DNA of 61,241 bases, filler included. It is 8 parts of 8 records of this genome, joined end to end, with 100 filler letters (N's around TTAATTAATTAA, not from the genome) between each part and the next. Parts side by side here need not be neighbours in the genome. Positions count along the whole stretch, not along the records: positions 48,371 to 52,296 come from SRR20825010_6930; positions 52,397 to 57,181 come from SRR20825010_6935; positions 57,282 to 61,241 come from SRR20825010_6939; 5 more parts are not named here. The stretch is one strand, 5' to 3'. A model generated the notes under the pieces. That model searched no databases and was not told the origin of the DNA. It worked only from the letters and a program-made list of their open reading frames with translations. Positions 51,159 through 60,404 of this stretch are shown here, in pieces (the first letter of the stretch is position 1; every line of letters starts with the position of its first letter). The position numbers and the translations under genes are program-made.

Positions 51159-51689
51159 CTATTGCGGGGAGCGTTTTGCCATGATGCGCTGCAAGGTGCG
51201 CCGGTGCATGTTCAGGCGGCGGGCGGTTTCCGAGACGTTATGATCGCAGAGCTCATAGACGCGCTGGATATGCTCCCAGCGGACACGGTCGGCGGACATC
51301 GGATTTTCCGGCGGCGTCGGCATGGCGTCCTTGTCCGCGAGCAGGGCGTTGACGATATCCTCGACATTGGCGGGCTTGGCGAGGTAGTCGATGGCGCCCG
51401 CCTTCACCGCCGCCACGGCAGAGGCGATATTTCCATAGCCGGTGAGCATGACGATGCTGGCATCCTCATTCACCTTGCGGATGGCCTCCACCACCTCAAG
51501 GCCATTGCCGTCCTGAAGCCGAAGGTCGACAACGGCGTAGTCAGGTGCATTTTGTGTCGCGCATCTCTTGCCCTCCGCCACGGAATTGGCAAGCACCGGC
51601 GTAAAGCCCTTACGCTCCATCGAACGGCCAAGCCGGTTCAGAAAAATCTCATCGTCGTCCACGATGAGCAGTGACTTCTTGTCGTCCAT
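51159..51689 (-). CDS. regA: RegA/PrrA/ActR redox response regulator
   Basis: 'VVDLRL', 'LTGYGNIASAVAAVK', 'PPENPMSADRVRWEHIQRVYELCDHNVSETARRLNMHRRTLQR'. Confidence 0.96.
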   Translation of the reverse strand: MDDKKSLLIVDDDEIFLNRLGRSMERKGFTPVLANSVAEGKRCATQNAPDYAVVDLRLQDGNGLEVVEAIRKVNEDASIVMLTGYGNIASAVAAVKAGAIDYLAKPANVEDIVNALLADKDAMPTPPENPMSADRVRWEHIQRVYELCDHNVSETARRLNMHRRTLQRIMAKRSPQ

Positions 51690-51752
51690 TATGCGCTCTT
51701 TTACTTCTACACCGATAATAAGCAAGCTGCCGAGGACAGATTAGCATATTTT

Positions 51753-52296
51753 CTAATTACTGAAAGGATCAGATTTCTCCAGTTCCCGCCGCGACCAGAG
51801 AATTTCAACAATCGCCCCGCCGTTTCGCTGGTTGCGGAAATTCAACTCTCCACCGCTTCGCTTGATCAGCATATCGGCGATAAAAACGCCAAGCCCCATG
51901 CCGCCGCGACCCCGCCGGGTGGACATATAGGGTTCTCCCAGCCGGTCGAGCACCTCTTCGGAGAAACCGGGGCCGTCATCGCGGATTTCCGCCCGCACCA
52001 GATTATCATTCCAATAGAGATCGATAATCACTTTGTCGGCGGCGAATTCGGCGGCGTTGCTGATCAGATTGCCAAGGCCGTGGCGCAGCTCCGCCGTCAG
52101 GAACAGTCGGGGGATATCGGCGGGCTCCCCATGGGTCTGAATGGCGAAATCCTTGTCGCCGTCCTTGTATTTTTCCGTGACCACCGAAAAGAGGTTATCC
52201 AGCGCGAGGAAATTATGATGGGCGGAATCCTTGATAAAGAGCTCTGTTTCCGGCCCCTTGGAGAGTTGCGCCAGCACCTCTGCACATTTTTTTGCC
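51753..52296 (-). CDS. regB: RegB/PrrB/ActS sensor kinase (5' truncated)
   Basis: 'AKKCAEVLAQL' (position of the RegB redox Cys), 'GLGNLISNAAEFA', 'DDGPGF', 'LGEPY', 'GMGLG'; adjacent to regA. Confidence 0.88.
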
Positions 52297-52396
52297 NNNN
52301 NNNNNNNNNNNNNNNNNNNNNNNNNNNNNNNNNNNNNNNNTTAATTAATTAANNNNNNNNNNNNNNNNNNNNNNNNNNNNNNNNNNNNNNNNNNNN
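52297..52396. other. artificial contig spacer
   Basis: N44-TTAATTAATTAA-N44. Confidence 0.98.
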
Positions 52397-52638
52397 TGTA
52401 ACAGTGCTCGGGCGTGGTCTTTCTGCAGGCTTTGAAAAAACTGTTTGGGGCTAATGCCTGCCCAAGTAGTGAACAACCTTTGCAAGTAAAAGGATGAGAC
52501 GTTCAGCTGTTCAGCAAGCGCGGCCAATTGTGGCTCGCAGTGGTCGGCAGTGTTGATTTGATTGAGTGCGCTGTGCTCGAGGATTTGGATGGCTTGCTCG
52601 ATCAAGCGGTAATGGGGTTCAGTTTCAAATTGTGTCAT
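52397..52638 (-). CDS. Ada-like AraC-HTH / methylated-DNA-protein-cysteine methyltransferase (3' truncated)
   Basis: 'YRLIEQAI', 'LAEQLNVSSFYLQRLFTTWAGISPKQF'. Confidence 0.75.
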
Positions 52639-52919
52639 GGTGGCGTGCTGAAGGCTTATTCACTTTGTCAGTCTGATTCTTACATGGTGTGGGGGCAATC
52701 TGTTTCTTGCAGAATTTGTCAGTTGGGTGCAAAGTAGTGTTGAAATTTACTCACAAGTTACATTGTTCTCTACGGTGCTTTTCTATTTCTTGTGGGTATT
52801 CTTCGATTTGTGAATCTAAACGGAGTGTGTCTTGGTATCAGGGGTATAAATCACACATATTAGATTCGTTATCCAGCCACATGCTAGAGAGGCCAACAAT
52901 GGCCCTGAGGAGACAAAAC

Positions 52920-54902
52920 ATGGCCGGTTTTCTTCCCAAGAATGCCACGCTTTCATTCGCTATCGCTTCTGCCCTTGTTTCAATGCACGGTTTGTCCGTT
53001 GCTGCGGGTTCCTTTGACGGTCCTGCCGGTATAGAAGGGCGTTGGGCGATGGAGGTGACTGTGGGCGCTTCCATGCGTACGAAAGATGCTGACGAATCTC
53101 TGGTGTTCATCGGAAACGGCGGCACTGCCTCCAGCGGCACTGTGGACGATGGCAACTTGAATTTCAACAAGGGCGATGTCATCAATGCGGTGGCCAAAGC
53201 GGTTGGTGAGCTGGAGTTGAAAAAAGACAATGTCGGTGTTTTTCTACGGGCAAAGGCTTTTTCTGATTTTCACAACCGAAGCAACAAGGTGCCACATGGC
53301 TCCTCGGCAAATGGCTATCGTCCCGATGAGCCTTTAAATGACAACGGGTTTGATAAGGGCACCAAGTTTGAGGAAGCCCAGTTTCTTGATACCTACGCTT
53401 TTGCGGATTTTGAGCCTTTTGGCAAGCCGCTGACGGTGAAGCTGGGTAACCAGGTGGTGACGTGGGGCGAGGCTTTGTTCGTGTTGGGTGGTGTGAACCA
53501 GTACTCGAACTTTGACGCTGCCGCGCTTCGCAGGCCTGGTGTACAGCTGAAAGAAGTGTTCCTTCCCTTGCCCCAGATTTACGGGAATTTTCAGGCAACT
53601 GATGAGCTTTCCATTGAGTCGTTTGTTCAGTTGAATCACGAGAAAGTGGTGATCGACGGATGTGGCACCTATTTCTCGCCTGCCGACCTGTTGAACTGTA
53701 ATTTCCAGGGCTCGCCTGTTAACCCCGGTGTGTTGAATGTGGGTGGCAATGAAATTGACTTTACCGGGTACAACGATCGCGAGAGCTTTGAGGGTGGTGG
53801 CACGGTATCGGTTAATGGTAGTCCGTTTGATACATCAACGGTGGGCGGAGCTTCTGGGTTGTCCGGAGTGTTGGCTGGTTTAACGGGCTTGCCCACTGAC
53901 TTGGGTAACTTGAATTTCAGAATGGCGCAATTGGCCGATCGCCGCGCGAAAGACACTGGGCAGGTTGGTTTGGCTGCCCGCTACTATGCAGGCGAAATTG
54001 GAACGGAGTTTGGTGCGTATGTGGTGAACTATCACCAGCGTATCCCGAATCTGGGGTTGGTGAAGACTCCTTCAAATTACGAGGGGTCGATTTTCAATGG
54101 TGTTGAGGCTGGTGGACAAAGCGTAGTTAACCCCTTGTCTTACTTCTTCGATTACGGCAAAGAGAACATTCAGGTGGCTGGTGTCTCCGCTGCTACTGAG
54201 TTTTTCGGTTTCTCGGTGTTTGGTGAAATGAGCTACACCAAAGATTACCCGGCAGGCTACAACACGGTCGATTTGATCAAGGGTGGAGCTACGGGTGATG
54301 GGCCACTGGGTCGATATGGCGACAATGACCAGTTCCCGGAAGGTTCTGTTCTGGATGGTTTCAAGCCTTTGGACAAAATTCAAATGCAGGTGTCGACCAT
54401 CAAGTTGTTCCCGCGCCGTTTGGGCGCCAGCTCAGTTGCCGTGGTGGCTGAAGTTGGGGCGCAGATGTGGCGTGGCATTGGTGATCCGTTCACCAGCGAG
54501 CGTTTTGGTCGTTCACCGGCTTTTGGCGCGGGCGCTCACCAAACCTACAACGGTGGCAATTGCGATCGCGGTGTAAACCCGAACACCAACAATTGTGTGG
54601 TGGATGGATACGCAACTGAAACCGCTTTCGGTTATCGCGTGTTGTCTATCATTACGTACCCGGATGCGCTGTATGGCGTGACCCTTCAGCCAAGACTGTT
54701 TTTCTCACATGACTTTAAGGGCTACTCAGCAGATGGTGTGTTCCTTGAAGACCGTATGAACCTGGGTCTGGGTTTGAGGGCTGAAATTCAGTCAGCCAAG
54801 TACTTTGCCGAAGTGAACTACAGCATGTTCAATGATGAGGCTTATTTCGATCCATTCAAAGACAGGGACTTCCTTTCTTTGGTATTGGGCGCCAACCTGT
54901 AA
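52920..54902 (+). CDS. DUF1302-family outer-membrane protein
   Basis: 'DDGNLNF.KGD', 'GNQVVTWGE', 'RPGVQLKEVFLP', 'DGCGTYFS', C-terminal 'DRDFLSL'; GAGGAG RBS before ATG 52920. Confidence 0.9.
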   Translation: MAGFLPKNATLSFAIASALVSMHGLSVAAGSFDGPAGIEGRWAMEVTVGASMRTKDADESLVFIGNGGTASSGTVDDGNLNFNKGDVINAVAKAVGELELKKDNVGVFLRAKAFSDFHNRSNKVPHGSSANGYRPDEPLNDNGFDKGTKFEEAQFLDTYAFADFEPFGKPLTVKLGNQVVTWGEALFVLGGVNQYSNFDAAALRRPGVQLKEVFLPLPQIYGNFQATDELSIESFVQLNHEKVVIDGCGTYFSPADLLNCNFQGSPVNPGVLNVGGNEIDFTGYNDRESFEGGGTVSVNGSPFDTSTVGGASGLSGVLAGLTGLPTDLGNLNFRMAQLADRRAKDTGQVGLAARYYAGEIGTEFGAYVVNYHQRIPNLGLVKTPSNYEGSIFNGVEAGGQSVVNPLSYFFDYGKENIQVAGVSAATEFFGFSVFGEMSYTKDYPAGYNTVDLIKGGATGDGPLGRYGDNDQFPEGSVLDGFKPLDKIQMQVSTIKLFPRRLGASSVAVVAEVGAQMWRGIGDPFTSERFGRSPAFGAGAHQTYNGGNCDRGVNPNTNNCVVDGYATETAFGYRVLSIITYPDALYGVTLQPRLFFSHDFKGYSADGVFLEDRMNLGLGLRAEIQSAKYFAEVNYSMFNDEAYFDPFKDRDFLSLVLGANL

Positions 54903-54957
54903 AAGGTGGAAATTTGTAGATGAGCCTGACAAAAGTTGTTTTTAGGAGATTGATTAA

Positions 54958-56301
54958 ATGAAATCTAGCAAGATTAAGCAGTTGGCCTTGTCCCTGGCCG
55001 TGCTTGGAAGTGGTTTGGCGATGCAGGCGCATGCGGCAGACTTCTCCAAGTTGGGGGCTTCATTGACCCCGGTGGGTGCCGAAAAAGCAGGCAATGCTGA
55101 GGGTACAATTCCTGAGTGGAAAGGCGGAATCAGCAAGCCGCCAGCAGGTTTTGACCCCAACAAGGGTTATCTGGACCCGTTTGCTTCCGAGAAGCCGATT
55201 TTGACCATCAGTGCGGCCAACATGGCCGAGCACAAGGACAAATTGGCGCCGGGGCAGATGGAGATGATGAAGCGCTACCCCACCTACAAGATCAACGTTT
55301 ACCCAACGCAGCGTACAGCGGCTTTCCGTGCGGATGTGTACAAATATGCCAAAGACGAGGCAGCCAATATCAAGTTGGCGGAAGGCGGCAACGGTATTGT
55401 CAACCTGAAGAAGTCGAATGTTCCGTTCCCGATCCCCACTGACGGTGTGCAGGTGATCTGGAACCACATCATGCGGGACTTGGGCGGCTCAATTACCCGT
55501 CACTCGGCTGACTTCCCGGTACAAACCAATGGCAGCTTCACTGTGGGCAAGCGAACCGAGACCATTTCGTTCGCTGCATACATGAACGATCCCGAGCCAA
55601 ACCGGATTTTCTACTACATGAACCAGACCACTGCACCCGCCAATGCGGCCGGCGAAGTTGCTTTGGTGCATGAACCTTTGGATCAGGTAAAAGAGCCGCG
55701 TTTGGCGTGGCAGTACAACCCAGGGCAGCGCCGTGTAATTCGCGCACCTGAACTGGCTTACGATTCCCCTGGTATTGGTGCGGATGGCCTGCGTACGAAC
55801 GATGACTTCAACGCCTACAACGGTGCACCGGATCGCTACAACTGGAAGTTGGTCGGCAAGAAGGAAATGTATGTGGGTTATAACAACTACAAGTTGACCA
55901 GCAAGGCCTTGAAGTACAGCGACATCGTGAAGCCCAATCACATGAACCCCGATCACTTGCGTTACGAACTGCACCGGGTTTGGGTTGTTGAGGGAACCTT
56001 GAAGCCTGGCGCACGCCACATTTATTCCAAGCGTGTGTTCTATGTGGACGAGGATTCATGGGCGATTTTGCACGGCGATCAGTACGATGCACGTGGCGGC
56101 TTGTGGCGTGTTCGCGAGGTGTTTGGCGTGCAGTTGTATGATGCGCCAACGTTTGGCCCTGCCGGTGAGGTGATTTATGACCTTCAGGCGCGCCGTTACC
56201 TGGTCAACGCGTTGACCAACGAAGAGAAGCCCATCGAGTTTGGCAAGAAGTACACAACAGCTGATTTTTCTACCGCTGCTTTGCGCCGCATGGGCAGGTA
56301 A
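54958..56301 (+). CDS. DUF1329-family periplasmic protein
   Basis: 'LTPVGAEKAGNAEGTIPEW.GG', 'PFPIP', 'AWQYNPGQRRV.RAP', 'RYELHRVWVVE', 'DEDSW'. Confidence 0.93.
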   Translation: MKSSKIKQLALSLAVLGSGLAMQAHAADFSKLGASLTPVGAEKAGNAEGTIPEWKGGISKPPAGFDPNKGYLDPFASEKPILTISAANMAEHKDKLAPGQMEMMKRYPTYKINVYPTQRTAAFRADVYKYAKDEAANIKLAEGGNGIVNLKKSNVPFPIPTDGVQVIWNHIMRDLGGSITRHSADFPVQTNGSFTVGKRTETISFAAYMNDPEPNRIFYYMNQTTAPANAAGEVALVHEPLDQVKEPRLAWQYNPGQRRVIRAPELAYDSPGIGADGLRTNDDFNAYNGAPDRYNWKLVGKKEMYVGYNNYKLTSKALKYSDIVKPNHMNPDHLRYELHRVWVVEGTLKPGARHIYSKRVFYVDEDSWAILHGDQYDARGGLWRVREVFGVQLYDAPTFGPAGEVIYDLQARRYLVNALTNEEKPIEFGKKYTTADFSTAALRRMGR

Positions 56302-56365
56302 TGATTAGACATGGGGCAGGCGATATTGCTTGCTGCATGACTTTTCAAATCTGGAATTGTATTCA

Positions 56366-56397
56366 GCCCAGGGAAATTAAATTCCCTGGGTTTTTTT
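56366..56397 (+). terminator. intra-cluster intrinsic terminator
   Basis: CCCAGGGAA-ATTAAA-TTCCCTGGG followed by T7. Confidence 0.8.
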
Positions 56398-56411
56398 AAA
56401 TTGGAGATGGC

Positions 56412-57181
56412 ATGAGTAAGCCACTGTTGCGTGTTGGATTGTTTGCACTGGGTTTGTGTGTGAGCCAGTTCAGTTACGCGTTGAAGGATCCACTGGATTT
56501 GCCCGCCATGCAGGCGCCGAAGGCTGCGAAAGCGCTGGCCCTGAATGTGACTTCTTTGGGTACTAACGTGTTGATGGTGGGTGAGCGCGGAATTGTGTTG
56601 AAGCGCGATTTTGCCGCAGCCGAAGCTGCACAAGGTGTGAAAGACAGCGAAGGCAAGGTGTGGACCCAGGCCAAGGTGCCTGTGTCTGTGAACCTGACAG
56701 GTGTTGTGTTTGTGAATGAGAAGGTGGCATTCGTGGTTGGCCACGATGGTGTGGTGTTGAAGTCTGCTGACGCGGGCGAGACCTGGACCAAGGTGTTCGA
56801 TGGCATCAAGGCCAACGAGCAGGTTGTTGCCGCCGCCAAGAAAAAAATGGAGGACATGCAGCGTCGATATGACGCCGCCAGCGCAGCTGAGCAAGACAAG
56901 ATGAATGAGATGCTGGAAGCGGCAACTTTCGCATTTGAAGACGCTGAAGCGGGTGCACGCTTTGGGCCGGCACGCCCCATGCTGGATGTGTGGTTTAAAG
57001 ATGCAAACACTGGTTGGGTGGTGGGCAGCTACGGGCAGATTTTCGAAACTGTCGACGGTGGTGCCAACTGGACTTTGATCGCCGATCGTTTGAACAACCC
57101 GGATTTCAGGCATTACAACGGTTTGTATGGCGACGAGACAGGGCTTTTGTTGATTGCGGGTGAGGCTGGTCGGATTTACAG
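56412..57181 (+). CDS. YCF48/BNR-repeat beta-propeller protein (3' truncated)
   Basis: 'VGERGIVL', 'W.QAKVPVS..LT.V.F', Asp-boxes 'SADAGETW' and 'TVDGGANW'. Confidence 0.9.
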
Positions 57182-57281
57182 NNNNNNNNNNNNNNNNNNN
57201 NNNNNNNNNNNNNNNNNNNNNNNNNTTAATTAATTAANNNNNNNNNNNNNNNNNNNNNNNNNNNNNNNNNNNNNNNNNNNN
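57182..57281. other. artificial contig spacer
   Basis: N44-TTAATTAATTAA-N44. Confidence 0.98.
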
Positions 57282-57856
57282 CCTTCGGGCAGTCCTGCGC
57301 CGATGGTCCGGCTCAGGACTTTCGGTCCGCCAAGGATTTGCGGGGCAATTTCCTCAAACATCGCCTGCATGATGGTCGGTACGCCAGCCATGACATAGAC
57401 ATTCTCGATCCTGAAGCCCGGCGCCTTGCTGACCGGGTTGTTGATCAGGCTGGCGCCGTCGGGTATGCGCGCCATGCGCTTGCGGGCGTCGTTAAACTCG
57501 ATCCCGCTCGTCTCATAATGACGGGTGAGAAGCGCCATGGCCTCGGGATGGTGATTGATGCCGACATTGAAGGCGGCGGCAATGGAATCCGCCGTAATAT
57601 CATCATGGGTTGGGCCAATCCCGCCGGTGGTGAAGATATAATCGAACTTCGCCCGGAGTGCATTGACGGCGGCAACGATCTCCGCCTCGATATCCGGGAC
57701 GACTCGCGCCTCGCTGAGCTGCACGCCGATGTCGTTCAGCCGACCCGCCAGCCAGGCCATGTTTTTATCCTGGGTGCGGCCGGAAAGGATTTCGTCCCCG
57801 ACCACGACAATTGCGGCCGTGACTATTTTGGCAGGAGCGGATTTCGGGTCTGACAT
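57282..57856 (-). CDS. CinA-like molybdopterin-binding domain protein (3' truncated)
   Basis: 'GDEILSGRTQDKN', 'TTGGIGPTHDDIT', 'APGF', 'MAGVP'. Confidence 0.9.
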
Positions 57857-57961
57857 GAAAATTCCCTGTAACTTCTGGACTTGAGGCTGTTGTTATCATA
57901 GCAAAGTGATTACAAAGGGCATCTGCTATTTTACCCGCCGGAACAAGTTTGACGTAAAATT

Positions 57962-58663
57962 ATGATATTTTCTACTCCCCTCATCAAGGGCCGCTTGATC
58001 AAGCGCTATAAACGCTTCCTCGCCGATGTTGAACTTGACGGCGGTGAGATGATTACGGCCCATGTCGCCAACCCGGGCTCCATGATGGGATTGAAGGACG
58101 ACGGACTGACTGTCTGGCTATCTCTTTCTGATAACCCCAAGCGCAAACTCCCCTATAGCTGGGAGCTGGTGGAGGTGGATGGCGCGTTGGTCGGCATTAA
58201 CACCGCCCATCCGAACGGTATCGTTGCCGAGGCGATTGAGGGCGGGCAAATCGAGGCGCTTGCCGGGTATGAGGCGCTGACGCGGGAAGTGAAATACGGG
58301 ACAAACTCCCGGATTGATATCCTGTTATCCGGGAGCGGCAAACCGGACTGCTATGTCGAGGTCAAGAATGTGACCCTGAAACGCGACGATTCCCTCGCGG
58401 AATTTCCGGATTCGGTGACGGCACGCGGCGCCAAGCATCTGAAAGAACTTGTCTCCATGGTGGAGCAAGGCCATCGGGCGGTTATGTTTTACCTGATCCA
58501 GCGGACCGATTGCACGAAATTCCGGATTGCAGCAGATATCGATCCGGTTTATGCCGCGGCGTTCAAGGAGGCAATCGCTGCGGGAGTTGAAATTATCTGC
58601 TACGACTGCCACATAACGACCAGTGAAATTCGCCCCGGGTCGATTATTCCGGTTATTCCTTAG
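57962..58663 (+). CDS. sfsA: DNA/RNA nuclease SfsA
   Basis: 'RYKRFLADV', 'AHVANPGSM', 'REVKYG..SRID', 'YVEVKNVT', 'FPDSVTARG.KHL.EL'. Confidence 0.96.
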   Translation: MIFSTPLIKGRLIKRYKRFLADVELDGGEMITAHVANPGSMMGLKDDGLTVWLSLSDNPKRKLPYSWELVEVDGALVGINTAHPNGIVAEAIEGGQIEALAGYEALTREVKYGTNSRIDILLSGSGKPDCYVEVKNVTLKRDDSLAEFPDSVTARGAKHLKELVSMVEQGHRAVMFYLIQRTDCTKFRIAADIDPVYAAAFKEAIAAGVEIICYDCHITTSEIRPGSIIPVIP

Positions 58664-58715
58664 TTTTTTTTTAGGATGACATGGGGTATTATCCAGAAAA
58701 ACATGAAGAGCGCTT

Positions 58716-59540
58716 ATGAGATATGAAACGAGTATAGATACGCCGGAACGCAATACCGGCGTGATCAAACTGCATGGTCCCGAGGCTTTTGAGGGCATGC
58801 GGATTGCAGGCCGTCTGGCAGCGGAAACGCTGGATATGATTGCCGAGCATGTGGTGCCAGGTGTTACGACGGATGAATTGAATACCCTCTGCGCGGATTT
58901 CATCGCGGAGCGCGGCGGCATTTGTGCCCCGCTTAACTATCGCGGCTTTCCCAAATCCATCTGCACGTCCATCAATCATGTGGTCTGCCATGGCATTCCG
59001 GGTCCGAAGAAGCTTCAAAACGGCGATATCGTCAATATCGATGTAACGCCGACCGTGGATGGCTGGCATGGAGATACCAGCCGTATGTTCGTGGCAGGCA
59101 AACCGAGTGTGAAGGCATCGCGCCTGATCGATATCACCTATGAATCGCTGATGCGCGGGATCGAGGTCGTGAAACCCGGCGCGACGACCGGCGATATCGG
59201 CTATGCGATCCAGAATTTCGCCGAAGGCAAGCGTTGTTCCGTGGTGCGGGATTTCTGCGGTCACGGTTTGGGTCAGGTTTTCCACGATGTGCCGAATATT
59301 GTCCATTACGGCACGCCCGGCGAAGGGGTGGAGCTACGCGCCGGCATGATCTTTACGATCGAGCCGATGATCAATCTCGGCACCTGGCAGGTCAAGATCC
59401 TCGATGACGGCTGGACGGCGGTGACGAAGGACCGGTCCCTCTCCGCCCAGTTCGAGCATTCCCTCGGCGTGACCGAAACGGGATATGAGATATTCACCCT
59501 CTCGCCCAAGGGGCGGGACAAGCCGCCCTATGACATCTGA
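58716..59540 (+). CDS. map: methionine aminopeptidase type I
   Basis: 'CTSINHVVCHGIP', 'IDVT', 'HGDTSRMF', 'GHG', 'FTIEPMIN', 'SAQFEH'. Confidence 0.97.
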   Translation: MRYETSIDTPERNTGVIKLHGPEAFEGMRIAGRLAAETLDMIAEHVVPGVTTDELNTLCADFIAERGGICAPLNYRGFPKSICTSINHVVCHGIPGPKKLQNGDIVNIDVTPTVDGWHGDTSRMFVAGKPSVKASRLIDITYESLMRGIEVVKPGATTGDIGYAIQNFAEGKRCSVVRDFCGHGLGQVFHDVPNIVHYGTPGEGVELRAGMIFTIEPMINLGTWQVKILDDGWTAVTKDRSLSAQFEHSLGVTETGYEIFTLSPKGRDKPPYDI

Positions 59541-60309
59541 GGCAGAAAAACCGATGAGGAAGCCCGCGCTGCATGAACTGGATGCACCGGGCTTCGGTTT
59601 CGGTTTTGAAGACGCTTCCCCCAAGACGAAAGAAAATGACGATCACCGGCTCGGCCACCGCGAAAGAATGCGCGACCGCGTATTGAGCGCCGGGGCCCGG
59701 AGCCTCGCCGATTACCAGATACTTGAAATGTTGCTCTTTGCCGCCTCCCCGCGCGGCGATACGAAGCCGCTGGCGAAAAGCCTGCTCTCCACCTTCGGCA
59801 GTCTTGCGAAGGTTTTGAAAGCCGAGCCGGAGGCGCTTCGCAAGGTACCGAAAGTCGGCGATGCGGTCATCGCGACCTTGAAAGTCGCCGAAACCCTTGG
59901 CGAGAAGCTTCTCCGCTCCGAGATCGAGAAGAAAAACGTCCTCGGCTCCTGGCAGGCGCTCCTTGAATATTGCCAGGGAGCGATGAGTGATCGCGCGATC
60001 GAGCATTTCCGCATCCTCTTTCTGAACAACAAGAATCACCTGATCTCTGATGAGGTGCAGCAGACCGGAACGGTCAATCATACCGCCGTTTATCCGCGTG
60101 AGGTCGTCAAGCGCGCGCTTGAACTGGGCGCGACGGCGCTGATCCTCGTGCATAACCACCCCTCCGGCGATACCACGCCGTCAAAAGCGGATATCGATAT
60201 GACGTCCGAGATTATGGCCGCCGCCGCCGCGCTTAATATCCGGGTGCATGATCATATTATCGTCGGGAACAGCGAGTGCATCAGTTTCAAATCGCTCGGT
60301 TTGATGTAA
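59530..60309 (+). CDS. radC: RadC/UPF0758 JAB-domain protein
   Basis: 'GHRERMR', HhH region, 'YPREVVKRAL', 'HNHPSGD.TPS..D', 'HDHIIVG'. Confidence 0.94.
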   Translation: MTSEAEKPMRKPALHELDAPGFGFGFEDASPKTKENDDHRLGHRERMRDRVLSAGARSLADYQILEMLLFAASPRGDTKPLAKSLLSTFGSLAKVLKAEPEALRKVPKVGDAVIATLKVAETLGEKLLRSEIEKKNVLGSWQALLEYCQGAMSDRAIEHFRILFLNNKNHLISDEVQQTGTVNHTAVYPREVVKRALELGATALILVHNHPSGDTTPSKADIDMTSEIMAAAAALNIRVHDHIIVGNSECISFKSLGLM

Positions 60310-60404
60310 AGCGGGTTTTGTCTTCGGTAAGTGGTTGAGATTTTGCGTTATCTCTGCTAGTCACCCGTTCTTCCGACAAATGTTTTCAGAAAGTAAGACC
60401 CGCC

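Noticed and set aside
43323-52296. ccoN and regB/regA as a linked redox regulon
   Set aside because: Separated by two spacers; no evidence they come from the same genome
56196-57113. Long antisense ORFs in the GC-rich contigs (also 38583-39428, 40294-41037, 41625-42434, 46469-47239, 50450-51184)
   Set aside because: They overlap well-supported genes on the opposite strand and show no recognisable motifs; expected from codon bias
57962-60309. sfsA and radC as a defence or mobile island
   Set aside because: Embedded with cinA-like, map and purB in an ordinary alphaproteobacterial housekeeping arrangement
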